Shown: positions 10,637 through 21,009 of the stretch, piece after piece | Layout: every line of letters begins with the position of its first letter | Numbering within the stretch: position 1 is the stretch's first letter | Source of the DNA: an uncultured virus (IMG/VR IMGVR_UViG_3300035670_000036) | Lineage: Duplodnaviria; Heunggongvirae; Uroviricota; Caudoviricetes | IMG/VR virus record: IMGVR_UViG_3300035670_000036 | Strand: one strand, 5' to 3' | Length of the DNA stretch: 64,000 bases | Program-made: the position numbers and the translations under genes | Notes under the pieces: generated by a model | What the model was told of the DNA's origin: nothing | Seen by the model: the letters and a program-made list of their open reading frames with translations, nothing else | Databases searched by the model: none

Positions 10637-11200
10637 ATGAAAAATGTATTAGCTATTTTTGTATTTTCTTTTTTCGCGTCTTTCGCACAGGCGCAAACCG
10701 TAGAGGTGACACCTGAAGAGGTCACCTTGATTGCGAAGCTCGTCATCGGCGAAGCCGAAGGCGAGAGCTTTGAAGGAAAAAAGATGGTCGCTGAGACCAT
10801 TCTTAATCGCCTGGTAAAGGGCGGTTTCGGTAGCTCGGTAAAGGGCATCATTGAATTTCCGGGACAATACGATGCCCGCTGGAATGCGTCTCTTTGGGCG
10901 AGGGAGCCTAAGCAAGAAGACCTTGACGCAGTGAAAGAGGCAATTGAAAATCCAAGTCTTCCAATTGATGTGGTGTTCTATGTAAACACCAAGCACCTGC
11001 CAAGAGGTAACAATTGGAGGGAGAAGTTAGAAAGCCTCGGACACTTTAAGACAGAGGGGGCACACAGCTTCTACTATGGGTTCGAAGGTAAGGACGGAAC
11101 CATGAGACGCAAATTGATTAAGCTGCCTAAGAGCATGACGGAAATCAATGTAGCGAGGGACAACACGAGGACGGAGTTAATACTAAGGATTCGCGAATAG
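10637..11200 (+). CDS. SleB/Hydrolase_2-type cell wall hydrolase with signal peptide
   Basis: LIAKLVIGEAEGESFEGKKMVAETILNR...IIEFPGQY...GAHSFY. Confidence 0.88.
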   Translation: MKNVLAIFVFSFFASFAQAQTVEVTPEEVTLIAKLVIGEAEGESFEGKKMVAETILNRLVKGGFGSSVKGIIEFPGQYDARWNASLWAREPKQEDLDAVKEAIENPSLPIDVVFYVNTKHLPRGNNWREKLESLGHFKTEGAHSFYYGFEGKDGTMRRKLIKLPKSMTEINVARDNTRTELILRIRE

Positions 11201-11454
11201 CGAATCCTCTTTTAAAATCAAGTGAGGCCTTGCAAGTAAGTAGGGCCTCACATATATCGAGTGGCCTCTCAAGTAAGTGGGAGGCTGCGCGAATATGACT
11301 AGGGCTGAGAGGAAGGAAGCCCGAGTAAATTTTTTGAGGGCAAAATATGGTGTTTTTGGCAAAATATATGTACCAATATTATGAATTTATAGTTTTCTGT
11401 TGTATATTTGTAGGGCAGTCGCAAATGAGCAACTGGCTTAAACTTTGAAACAAT

Positions 11455-11727
11455 ATGGAAACAATCTTTTTTGTGGTTTCGGCTAAATTTACAGTCCAAA
11501 ACCAACAGACAGGCAAGGCGAAAAATTACTTTGTTGAGGTAATCGTCAAGTATTCACAGGAGACAGATAGCAACACCGCTATTGCATACCTTGAAAATCC
11601 GAAAAGGAGAGAAGGTGTGCAAATCTTCGAAAATTTCCCTGTACAGGTGAAAGAGTACATTCTACAGGGGGGCACCTGGAGAAAATGTACGATTCAAGAA
11701 TTGAATATCCTTGAATCACAGAATTAA
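11455..11727 (+). CDS. hypothetical cassette protein
   Basis: Follows a TATATTTG promoter box. Confidence 0.7.
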   Translation: METIFFVVSAKFTVQNQQTGKAKNYFVEVIVKYSQETDSNTAIAYLENPKRREGVQIFENFPVQVKEYILQGGTWRKCTIQELNILESQN

Positions 11728-11799
11728 GACAAGCCCCGCGGTGACAGAGCGGGGCTATCTTTTGTTTCAAAGTAATATGTAACTACTTAAATATATTAT

Positions 11800-11943
11800 A
11801 TGGAATTCACAAGTTTTGAAGAGTTTTTAAATGTCAAATTAGACTCTTCCTTTTTAGAGCAGTGGGCAGATGACTTAGCCCTAAATGAATTGTTAGCTGA
11901 AATTGGAGAAGAAGAAGACGAAGACGAAGAGGACGAAGAGTAG
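11800..11943 (+). CDS. 47-aa highly acidic peptide, copy 1 (not in the ORF track)
   Basis: MEFTSFEEFLNVKLDSSFLEQWADDLALNELLAEIGEEEDEDEEDEE; identical copy at 13217. Confidence 0.75.
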   Translation: MEFTSFEEFLNVKLDSSFLEQWADDLALNELLAEIGEEEDEDEEDEE

Positions 11944-12168
11944 AACGGAAGCCCCCGGACGGAAACGGACGGGGGCTCTCTCTTATTCAATGGAACGCAG
12001 CCGGAGAGGGCTAGCGTATTTCAATCGGGCTGAGAGGAAGGAAGCCCGAGTAATTTTTTTGAGGGCAAAATATGGTGTTTTTAGCAAAATATATGCGAAA
12101 ATACTTGATTTATTCAATTATATATTGTACTTTTGAGTCATTATTAATCACTTAAACATTTTTCTATT

Positions 12169-12411
12169 ATGATTACGATTGAGTTTAAAAGGAATGGTTC
12201 TTTTTTCGTTGCCTATGTTCAAAGACAAACTGAGAAGGCATACTTGTGTGAAATAATTTGCATAACTGGCATCTCTGATGCAGTAAAATTAAAAAAATTA
12301 ATCTGGCTTCCTAAGTCAGCGGTTAAAGATAACAAGTTACAATTCTGGCTTGTAAGCAAGTTGGACCTAAGCGGTTCGTGGGAAGGCGTTTCACCTTCCT
12401 ACCCAAACTAA
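12169..12411 (+). CDS. hypothetical cassette protein
   Basis: TACTTTTG promoter and AATCACTTAAA leader upstream. Confidence 0.7.
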   Translation: MITIEFKRNGSFFVAYVQRQTEKAYLCEIICITGISDAVKLKKLIWLPKSAVKDNKLQFWLVSKLDLSGSWEGVSPSYPN

Positions 12412-12472
12412 ACCTAAAAGCCCCGCGGTGACAGAGCGGGGCAATTTTTAAACCATTTAAATTAAAAAAAAA

Positions 12473-12658
12473 ATGATCTTATTAATTAAATTATCAACCG
12501 CCGCCGCTTTAGCAGCAAACCGTGGCGGGTTCATAGAACCAGGAGAGGCTTCTCCTGAATTCCAAAAGCTAGTAATAGTAATGATACTATTAGCAATAAT
12601 AGTATCCGCAATCTTTACTATCCTCGACATAAAGAGAGATAAGAAAAGATTCAACTAA
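12473..12658 (+). CDS. hypothetical membrane protein
   Basis: C-terminal TM segment; terminator follows. Confidence 0.6.
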   Translation: MILLIKLSTAAALAANRGGFIEPGEASPEFQKLVIVMILLAIIVSAIFTILDIKRDKKRFN

Positions 12659-12884
12659 AAGAAGCCCCGGCCGGAAACGGTCGGGGTTTTTTTATGCTTA
12701 AACGGAACGTATCGAAACGGAATGGATGCCGACGGATTTCAATCGGGCTGAGAGGAAGGAAGCCCGAGTAATTTTTTTGAAGGCAAAATATGGCATTTTT
12801 GGCAAAATATATGTACCAATATTAGGAATTTATGTTTTTATATTGTACTTTTGATTTATCAATTAATAATTAAATATTTCAGTT

Positions 12885-13139
12885 ATGAAAAATGTTTTGT
12901 TTGTTTTATGTTTCTTTTTTGCATCTGTAATGGGTGCACAAAATCCATGTGATGCTTTATGGGCATCAATGGAACGTGCTGATTTAGTCGCTGCTCGCAA
13001 GAGCTACGGCAAAAGCGAAAAGAAAACTTTGGCTATATTCGCCAAAGAATACAATAAGGTGTTAAAGCCTTACGGTGTTAAAGTGCCAAAAAATTTAGAT
13101 TGTGTTATTGCCACTACAGTAGCAAAAATCTGTAAGTAA
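12885..13139 (+). CDS. hypothetical secreted protein
   Basis: Signal peptide MKNVLFVLCFFFASVMGAQ, similar to that of the SleB-like gene. Confidence 0.7.
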   Translation: MKNVLFVLCFFFASVMGAQNPCDALWASMERADLVAARKSYGKSEKKTLAIFAKEYNKVLKPYGVKVPKNLDCVIATTVAKICK

Positions 13140-13216
13140 ATCTAACAAGCCCCGCGGTGACAGCGCGGGGCTATCTTTTGTTTCAAAGTAATATGTAACT
13201 ACTTAAATTATTATAT

Positions 13217-13360
13217 ATGGAATTCACAAGTTTTGAAGAGTTTTTAAATGTCAAATTAGACTCTTCCTTTTTAGAGCAGTGGGCAGATGACTTAGCCCTA
13301 AATGAATTGTTAGCTGAAATTGGAGAAGAAGAAGACGAAGACGAAGAGGACGAAGAGTAG
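13217..13360 (+). CDS. 47-aa highly acidic peptide, copy 2
   Basis: Coding sequence identical to 11800-11943. Confidence 0.75.
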   Translation: MEFTSFEEFLNVKLDSSFLEQWADDLALNELLAEIGEEEDEDEEDEE

Positions 13361-13591
13361 AACGGAAGCCCCGGACCGGAAACGGTTCGGGGTTTTTTTT
13401 TGCCTAAACGGAACGTATCGAAACGGAACGGATGCTGACGGATTTCAATCGGGCTGAGAGGAAGGAAGCCCGAGTAAATTTTTTGAGGCCTAAATATGGC
13501 GTTTTTGGCAAAATATATGCGAAAATACTTGATTTATTCAATTATATATTGTACTTTTGAGTCATTGTTAATCACTTAAATTTTTATTATT

Positions 13592-13921
13592 ATGCAACCA
13601 AATGTTTTAGGTCAGTATCAAAAAAATGAATTAGTAGATATGATTCGCGTATTAAGCGGATTGTATCTTTCCAAAAACCAAACAAGCAAAATGCTAAGCA
13701 GGCAATGGGCAGAGCCCATTTCAGTTGGCACAGCAAACGGGAGGTTTTACAATGACCTTGTTGAAGTCGAATTAGATAGATTATATTCGCTTGAACTTAA
13801 TAGCGAATATAAAAAATCAATTCCAAAGTGGATATGGGAGGCTCAAAACAAAGATATAGCTATGGATAACGTAGCAAAAACTATCGAGTTTGCCGCACAT
13901 TTTGCGGGAGTCAAAAGATAA
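13592..13921 (+). CDS. hypothetical cassette protein
   Basis: Promoter, leader, ORF and terminator form one unit. Confidence 0.75.
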   Translation: MQPNVLGQYQKNELVDMIRVLSGLYLSKNQTSKMLSRQWAEPISVGTANGRFYNDLVEVELDRLYSLELNSEYKKSIPKWIWEAQNKDIAMDNVAKTIEFAAHFAGVKR

Positions 13922-14149
13922 CAGAAGCCCCGGACCGGTAACGGTTCGGGGTTTTTTTTTGCCCAAACGGAACGTATCGAAACGGAACGAATGCCAACGG
14001 ATTTCAATCGGGCTGAGAGGAAGGAAGCCCGAGTAAATTTTTTGAGGCCTAAATATAGCGTTTTTAGCAAAATAATTGAGTAAAAACTTGCATTTTACAG
14101 TTTTATATTGTACTTTTGAGTCATTGTTAATCACTTAAATATTTTTATT

Positions 14150-14557
14150 ATGTCTAAAAAAATCAGAATGGAAGTGGCATTAAATGCACTAAATTTATTG
14201 TATGCGGGAGTCGAAGATGCAGCAGAACTGTATCCATCTGAATGGGCTCAGATTGATTCTGCCTTGGCTCAAGCAAAAGCCATGATTGAAATTGATGACG
14301 AAAATGTCAAATTTCTAAAAAGAATCATGGGCGATGAATGCACTATGACTGATGCAGAATTGATTGAAGTTGAAAAATTGATTCCCTTGGATGACTTCAA
14401 CAACGACAACTATGAGTTCATTGGAAATTTCACCATAAACGACAATGAAGATCAATTTAATATTGCCGTTGGCAAAATGTGTTGCGGTATTTTTACAACC
14501 GAGTATGTTTTGGAATCCGGCAAAAAGATTTTCTTCGGGTTTGATTATGGCCATTAA
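14150..14557 (+). CDS. hypothetical acidic cassette protein
   Basis: Promoter, leader, ORF and terminator form one unit. Confidence 0.75.
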   Translation: MSKKIRMEVALNALNLLYAGVEDAAELYPSEWAQIDSALAQAKAMIEIDDENVKFLKRIMGDECTMTDAELIEVEKLIPLDDFNNDNYEFIGNFTINDNEDQFNIAVGKMCCGIFTTEYVLESGKKIFFGFDYGH

Positions 14558-14795
14558 TTAAAATAACAGAAGCCCCGGACCGGAAACGGTTCGGGGTTTT
14601 TTTATGCCCAAACGGAACGTATCTAAACGGAACGGATGCCGACGGATTTCAATCGGGCTGAGAGGAAGGAAGCCCGAGTAATTTTTTTGAGGGCAAAATA
14701 TGGCGTTTTTGGCAAAATATATGTACCAATATTAGGAATTTACAGTTTTCTGTTGTATATTTGAGGCATAGTTAATTACTTAAATAAATCAAGTT

Positions 14796-15005
14796 ATGAG
14801 AGATTTAAAGGATTTTAAAAAAGGTCAATTAATAGCCTTAATCAACGAACTAGAAAACCAACTGTTAACAGCGGTTGATGACTCAAAAAAAACAGCGGAA
14901 AGATTAAAACCAGAGGATCTACGCGAAAAATTAGCTTATGAGGCAGGTTCCCTCGTAGGCTCAATAAAATGGGCATTAAGGACAATAAACCATTTTAAAA
15001 AGTAA
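14796..15005 (+). CDS. hypothetical cassette protein
   Basis: Promoter and leader upstream. Confidence 0.7.
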   Translation: MRDLKDFKKGQLIALINELENQLLTAVDDSKKTAERLKPEDLREKLAYEAGSLVGSIKWALRTINHFKK

Positions 15006-15064
15006 ACCCACTAGCCCCGCGGTGACAGCGCGGGGCAATTATTAACCACTTAAATTAAAAAAAA

Positions 15065-15256
15065 ATGAGAGAAGATTTTGGTTTTGATTTTTTCAGCTTT
15101 CGTTATGGTAAAGCGGTAATAACAGTGGAAGTTGAAAGCTTCCAGGTAGTTGAGTTCAAAGGAGACCTTACGAAATGGAATGAATTAACCTACGACGAAC
15201 AACATGAGGAAATCGTAGAACAATTCGACATTAAATGGGAAAGTATGTTCGAGTAG
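15065..15256 (+). CDS. hypothetical acidic protein
   Basis: AACCACTTAAA leader; terminator follows. Confidence 0.7.
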   Translation: MREDFGFDFFSFRYGKAVITVEVESFQVVEFKGDLTKWNELTYDEQHEEIVEQFDIKWESMFE

Positions 15257-15489
15257 CGAACGGAAGCCCCGGACCGGAAACAGTTCGGGGTTTTTTTATG
15301 CTCAAACGGAACGTATCGAAACGGAACGGATGCCGACGGATTTCAATCGGGCTGAGAGGAAGGAAGCCCGAGTAAATTTTTTGAGGGCAAAATATGGTGT
15401 TTTTAGCAAAATATATGTACCAATATTAGGAATTTATAGTTTTCTGTTGTATATTTGAGGCATCATTAATCACTTAAATATTTTCACTT

Positions 15490-15900
15490 ATGAAAATCAC
15501 ATTTGAAATCGTTGAAACAATTTCCGAAATCCGCGAATATTGCGAAAGCAATAAATACTGGGATTACGAGATGGCTAAATCCTATGATGGCGTGCCATAC
15601 AAAAACAAAGCTAAATTGGTAGATTTAGAATTTACCCATTCGTGGACAGAAATGACTTGGATAGCAAACAGGTTAATATTCAACACGGCTTGGAGCAACT
15701 TTGAATATGAAATCGAAGAAAGAAACGGTAAAACTTACTGTTCTTACAATGGAGCGGTAAAGGGTTTATTAAAGCAAGACTTAATGCCACAATTAACTCC
15801 GGCCGTTAACATCTACGACTGCAAATGTTACTCTTCGACACATGGCTCAATGTTCCTTGGAGATTACTTACTCGCTAGAGGAATTGAATTACACATCTAA
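15490..15900 (+). CDS. hypothetical cassette protein
   Basis: Promoter, leader, ORF and terminator form one unit. Confidence 0.75.
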   Translation: MKITFEIVETISEIREYCESNKYWDYEMAKSYDGVPYKNKAKLVDLEFTHSWTEMTWIANRLIFNTAWSNFEYEIEERNGKTYCSYNGAVKGLLKQDLMPQLTPAVNIYDCKCYSSTHGSMFLGDYLLARGIELHI

Positions 15901-16158
15901 ACGAAACCACCCCGGCCGGAAACGGTCGGGGTTTTTTTTTGCCTAAACGGAACGCATCAAAACGGACCGACAACCGGACGGAACGGATGCCGACGGATTT
16001 CAATCGGGCTGAGAGGAAGGAAGCCCGAGTAAATTTTTTGAGGCCTAAATATGGCGTTTTTAGCAAAATATATGTACCAATATTAGGAATTTATAGTTTT
16101 CTGTTGTATATTTGTAGGGCAATCGCAAGGAAGCGAAAGCACTAAACAAAAAACAGTT

Positions 16159-16398
16159 ATGAATAATCAAGAGTATTTCAGCGCAATGGAAAAAAGCGTA
16201 AGTGATTTCGAAGCAGGTAAGGCTATTTTCTCAGCCGCAATTCGTTTTGTCCATACCGCAGACAAAAACGCGGTAGAAGCAGTTTTAGAGGAACTAAAAG
16301 CAGTAAAAAAGAATGACACTGCTTTATATTTAGCAGTGGCATTAACAATAGAACACTGTAACACGAGGTTAGAAAAATTAGCCAGAAAGTCCGACTAA
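16159..16398 (+). CDS. hypothetical cassette protein
   Basis: Promoter upstream. Confidence 0.7.
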   Translation: MNNQEYFSAMEKSVSDFEAGKAIFSAAIRFVHTADKNAVEAVLEELKAVKKNDTALYLAVALTIEHCNTRLEKLARKSD

Positions 16399-16688
16399 CT
16401 TTTATTATAGGGGGTGCGCATCTTAAACGCATATATTTTTCAACCACTTAAACAAAAAAAATCATGACAAGATCCAGAAAAATCCTAATCGACATCAAAA
16501 ACAATTATGGTATTATCTTTTGCATGTCATTTTATTTAGGAATGTGTCTTATGATGGTAGCGATTGTAATAGACATCATCATTAAGAACATATTTTAGAA
16601 CGGACGAACCCCGGCTTAGAACGGTCGGGGTTCATCTTATCATTAGAACGGATTACATTTATTTACATTACATTTTAAACATTATAAC

Positions 16689-16958
16689 ATGAACAACCTA
16701 TCATATTTATTGAACAATCATGCAATCCAATTTGGAACAGATGTAATGAGATTTTTATCCATTGATGCTGTTCCTCATGGTTGGGAATTTTGGATTAAAT
16801 TATTGTTAGTCATTATTGTCATTAATAACATTTGGGATATATGTAAAGAATTATTAAACATTATTAGTAAAGAAGATTATATTAATTTAAGATCTATATT
16901 TAATGATGTTGTTTGGATTTACATTGCATTAGTATGTCTTAAGTATTGGTTCTTATAG
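16689..16958 (+). CDS. hypothetical membrane protein
   Basis: Hydrophobic ORF lying within a compositionally biased tract. Confidence 0.4.
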   Translation: MNNLSYLLNNHAIQFGTDVMRFLSIDAVPHGWEFWIKLLLVIIVINNIWDICKELLNIISKEDYINLRSIFNDVVWIYIALVCLKYWFL

Positions 16959-17153
16959 ATGTGATAGATGGCTGGGAATTAGATTAGATTAGTTCCCCGC
17001 CGGATTTTGCTAGGGCTGAGAGGAAGGAAGCCCGAGTAAATTTTTTGAGGCCTAAATAACGTATAATAGGTAAAATAAATAGGCAAATAGTTGATTAATT
17101 CAATTTTATTTTGTACTTTTGATTCATCGTTAATTAGTTAAATAAATCAAGTT

Positions 17154-17576
17154 ATGAACAACACAAATTTCGTGGCGACTATGTTTGAAGCCATATTCCC
17201 TATCCTAAACACTGCTCAAGTTTATGTGTCAGGTATCTATATGTCAAAAGATAACACAGCGAAGGCATTTTACGAGGCATTTAAAGAATGTAGGGACAAT
17301 TTAGAAACAGGTCCAAAATACAACCTCGATCCTGAGTACTACATTGAGCAATTCAAGAACTGGGCAAAGCAAGGTGAGGAGATAATTTTTATGTCCTTAC
17401 TGAACTACCATCCTGAAAAGTTCTACCCACAGCAAATTGAGGATATGCCTAGAGACGAGGATTTCTGGTGGGGGATGTATCAGAAAGAACAGTGGGATTC
17501 ATACGAGCATCCATTCTTTGACAGCTGGTTACAAGAAGCTCAAGAAATAACTCAAGAAATGTGGCAAGAGCATTAA
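17154..17576 (+). CDS. hypothetical cassette protein
   Basis: Promoter, leader, ORF and terminator form one unit. Confidence 0.75.
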   Translation: MNNTNFVATMFEAIFPILNTAQVYVSGIYMSKDNTAKAFYEAFKECRDNLETGPKYNLDPEYYIEQFKNWAKQGEEIIFMSLLNYHPEKFYPQQIEDMPRDEDFWWGMYQKEQWDSYEHPFFDSWLQEAQEITQEMWQEH

Positions 17577-17806
17577 ACCAAAGAGCCCCGGTCGAAAACG
17601 ACCGGGGTTTTTTTATGCCCAAACGGAACGTATCGAAACGGAACGGATGCTGACGGATTTCAATCGGGCTGAGAGGAAGGAAGCCCGAGTAAATTTTTTG
17701 GGATCAAAATATGGCGTTTTTAGTAAAATATATATACCAATATTAGGAATTTACGTTTTTATGTTGTATATTTGAGGCATAGTTAATTACTTAAATAAAT
17801 CAAGTT

Positions 17807-18106
17807 ATGAGAACATTAGAAATGGCTGCGGTCGAATTAAGAGAGGTAATGGCTGCAAAAGCAATCTTAGAGGCAAAAGAAAAAACGCTTCGTAATGAAA
17901 TTATTGAAGGTTTACAAGCCCAAAATTTAACCTTATTAAAAGTAGGTGGGTTTACGGTATCCATTAGAAGGAACAAAACATGGACTTATTCAAAATGGGT
18001 TAGAACGTTGGAAAAAATGCTTAAAACTAGAAAAGCGAACGAGCAAAATAGCGGAGTAGCTACCTTTGAAGAAACGCCTACATGGCAATTTTTAAGCGCA
18101 AAGTAA
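17807..18106 (+). CDS. coiled-coil/beta protein, paralog of 18420 (distantly of 35720)
   Basis: MRTLE...VGGFTVSIRRNK.WTYSKWV.TLEKMLK is shared with 18420. Confidence 0.8.
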   Translation: MRTLEMAAVELREVMAAKAILEAKEKTLRNEIIEGLQAQNLTLLKVGGFTVSIRRNKTWTYSKWVRTLEKMLKTRKANEQNSGVATFEETPTWQFLSAK

Positions 18107-18419
18107 AACAAAAGGGGTAGGCGAAAGCCTACCCTACCTTAACAAATTTTTAACATTTACAAACATTAATCTTAGTCCTGAACAAAACGGACCGACAACC
18201 GAACGGAACGGAACGGTTTAGCAGACACTCCCATGCCGGCGAATTTCGCTCAGGGCAGGGCGGAGCCCTGCCTGAGTAAATTTTTGGCGGGGCAAATCTT
18301 AACATTTCTTTAACTAAAACATCGAAAATATTAACACTTATTAACTACTTGGTATTGTTTTTTTGTGTATCTTTGTGACGCAGTCGCAATGAAGCGAAAG
18401 CGTTAAATAAACAAGTTAT

Positions 18420-18746
18420 ATGAGAACATTAGAGGTAGTTGCAGTTGAATTAAAAGAAGCAATGGCAAACAGAGCCGTAGCACAGGCAAGATTAGCAGAT
18501 GCAGAGGCTATTGAAAAATCGCTTCGCGCTGAAATTACAAGCAATTTAGAGGCTCAAAACCTATCAATGGCTAGGGTAGGTGGGTTCACAGTTTCAATTA
18601 GACGCAACAAAGTTTGGACATATTCTAAATGGGTTGCTACACTGGAAAAAATGCTTAAGAGCCGAAAAGATAAGGAACAAAAAAGCGGTATAGCTACCTT
18701 TACAGAAAATCGTACATGGCAGTTCCTAAACATAGGCACAAAGTAA
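18420..18746 (+). CDS. paralog of 17807
   Basis: High similarity to 17807 and the same downstream hairpin GGGGTAGGCGAAAGCCTACCC. Confidence 0.8.
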   Translation: MRTLEVVAVELKEAMANRAVAQARLADAEAIEKSLRAEITSNLEAQNLSMARVGGFTVSIRRNKVWTYSKWVATLEKMLKSRKDKEQKSGIATFTENRTWQFLNIGTK

Positions 18747-18810
18747 AACAAAAGGGGTAGGCGAAAGCCTACCCTACTTTAACAAATTTTTAACTTTTAA
18801 ATCATAAATC

Positions 18811-19047
18811 ATGTTAGGCAAATTAGTAATTATTGTAATTTATGTTTATGTATGTGTTCCACAGTCAAACGGTGGCAAAACGGAATACATGGAAAGAGTA
18901 GGCGCTAGATCCTGGGAAATGCCCGGAACGTTCACCAAAACGGACTCCTTAATAAACGAAACGATTAAGTATTACGGAATAGACCTTGAATATAACAGTA
19001 TCAAAGTTGACGTAAATACACTACGGATAAAGTGTGAATGTGACTAA
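18811..19047 (+). CDS. hypothetical protein
   Basis: ORF with a hydrophobic N-terminus. Confidence 0.6.
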   Translation: MLGKLVIIVIYVYVCVPQSNGGKTEYMERVGARSWEMPGTFTKTDSLINETIKYYGIDLEYNSIKVDVNTLRIKCECD

Positions 19048-19253
19048 GAACAGCACAGAGCCAGGTCGGAGCGAATTTCGCTCCGGCAAGGCTAAAGCCT
19101 TGCCTGAGTAAATTTTTGGCGGGGCAAATCTTAACATTTCTTTAACTAAAACATCGAAAATATTAACACTTATTAACTACTACTTATTGATTTTATTCTT
19201 ATCTTTGTCATGCAGTAGCAATTAAGCGAGAGCGTTAAATAAAAACAAGCACC

Positions 19254-19442
19254 ATGAAAAGCACCATGTTAGAATCAAATGGAATTAGAATCGTTTTCTC
19301 ATTTGGCGGCAAAGTACGCGTCAACCAGAACGACAAAGAGGTTGAATCGGTAAACAACTTTTCAACATTCAGAAAGTGGGCGAAGGGGGTTTTATCCGAT
19401 ACTCAATTCAAAGTAGCGAAGGCTCAATTCAACCGTATGTAA
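19254..19442 (+). CDS. hypothetical cassette protein
   Basis: Promoter upstream and hairpin downstream. Confidence 0.65.
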   Translation: MKSTMLESNGIRIVFSFGGKVRVNQNDKEVESVNNFSTFRKWAKGVLSDTQFKVAKAQFNRM

Positions 19443-19870
19443 TGCGTCCAAAGGATACAACCCACCGAACGGAACGGTTCGGTGGGATTTCCTATGCCAG
19501 CGAATTTCGCTCAGGGCAGGGCGGAGCCCTGCCTGAGTAAATTTTTGGCGGGGCAAATCTTAACATTTCTTTAACTAAAACATCGAAAATATTAACACTT
19601 ATTAACTACTTGGTATTGTTTTTTTGTGTATCTTTGTGACGCAGTCGCAATGAAGCGAAGGCGTTAAATAAACAAGTTATGTACTTATTCATTTTAATTT
19701 TCTTTTTTGTTGTTTGGGCTCCTATTAGTTTATACGCTTTAATTCTAAATAGTGAATCCGATGGTGACACAATAAAAGAAACTTTATTTAAGTTTTGTGC
19801 TGGCGTATCTTTATGGTTAATTCTAATTATTGTTTTTACAACTTTAATAATTTAACAGAACGTTAACACT

Positions 19871-19908
19871 AAGGGTATTGCATAATACATTCAATACCCT
19901 TATCTTTG
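19871..19908 (+). promoter_or_regulatory. Bacteroidota-type promoter (TTG...TATCTTTG) embedded in an inverted repeat; representative of about 15 copies up to 45 kb
   Basis: AAGGGTATTG-N11-CAATACCCTT running into TATCTTTG; matches the Bacteroidota -33 TTG / -7 TAnnTTTG consensus. Confidence 0.8.
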
Positions 19909-19943
19909 CTTTATAATTTTTTAATCACTTAAACTTTAAAACA

Positions 19944-20180
19944 ATGGTAACTTTAGTAGAAAAAAAAGGCACTTTAAGAACTCTTCAATCAGCCATCTTG
20001 AAATCACATTCAGAATATGTTTTGTTAGATTTTACAGATTTAGAAGACTTGGCATTCAATTTACAAGTAGATATAGAAACGGAAGAGGACGAACTGGAAA
20101 CGGAACATAATAGATTTTATATGGACTATCAAAAAAGCGTAGATGCAGACTACTACGCATTCAGACAGTCGCAAATGTAA
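19944..20180 (+). CDS. hypothetical acidic protein
   Basis: Promoter and leader upstream. Confidence 0.7.
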   Translation: MVTLVEKKGTLRTLQSAILKSHSEYVLLDFTDLEDLAFNLQVDIETEEDELETEHNRFYMDYQKSVDADYYAFRQSQM

Positions 20181-20246
20181 AACGGAATTTATAAACAGGG
20201 AGGGCTTAAATGCTCTCCCTATCTTAAACATCTTAAAATAATTGTT

Positions 20247-20678
20247 ATGAAGGTTAATGAAGTAAAAGTAAGCTATAAAAAAGAAGTTTTTGGCAAAGTA
20301 TTAAATTCTTTAAATGCCGTTGATTATTGTAGGAACATTCCGGAATTTGAAAACAGAATGGAGTATCAAGAAGTATTTGCAGTCGTATATTTAGATAATG
20401 CAAATAACATTCTTTGCCATCAAATTATAGGTATTGGTAACATCACCGGGGCAGTAGTGGATCTAAGAATTATTTTTTCCACCGCGCTTAAAACATTATG
20501 CACTAGTCTAGTTCTTTGCCACAATCACCCATCTGGAACTTTAAAAATATCAAAAGCAGACTTTGACGTAACGAACAAAGTAAAGCAAGCAGGTGCATTA
20601 TTTGATATACAGGTATTAGACCACATTATACTAACTAAAAATAGTTATTTGTCCTTTGCGGACGAAGGACACTTATAA
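20247..20678 (+). CDS. radC: RadC-like JAB domain protein
   Basis: E...HNHPSG.L..S.AD...DI.VLDHIIL...YLSFADEG. Confidence 0.92.
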   Translation: MKVNEVKVSYKKEVFGKVLNSLNAVDYCRNIPEFENRMEYQEVFAVVYLDNANNILCHQIIGIGNITGAVVDLRIIFSTALKTLCTSLVLCHNHPSGTLKISKADFDVTNKVKQAGALFDIQVLDHIILTKNSYLSFADEGHL

Positions 20679-21009
20679 AATACCATTGTTTTAAGTTTAC
20701 CCGTCAAATGTAAAAGTTTGGCGGGCTTTTCTATGCTAGTGAATTTCGCTCAGGGCAGGGCTTTAGCCCTGCCTGAGTAAATTTTGGCGGGACCCCTTTT
20801 TAACATTTCCTTAACTATACCAGGGAAAACATTAACACTCCCTTAACTACTTTGTATTGGTTTTATGCTTATCTTTGTAGTGTTATAAAGAGAGAGGGTA
20901 AATAGAAAGGCAAAAAAAATAATTTAAAAAAAGTTTGCCTTAAATTTGGAAATTAGAAAAATACCTCTTATCTTTGCAAAAGATTCTTAATCACTTAAAC
21001 AAACAAGTT

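Larger units (their letters stand above)
10485..17695 (+). repeat. hairpin repeat type A, 11 copies (stems near 10494, 11301, 12025, 12743, 13449, 14008, 14653, 15347, 16004, 17011, 17664)
   Basis: GATTTCAA-TCGGGCT-GAGAGGAAGGA-AGCCCGA-GTAAATT, mostly lying between a terminator and the next promoter. Confidence 0.95.

Noticed and set aside
11903..16145. Track ORFs 11903-12136, 13817-14134, 13843-14070, 15875-16066 and 15939-16145
   Set aside because: They read through the terminator, hairpin and promoter repeat modules and are shadow ORFs.
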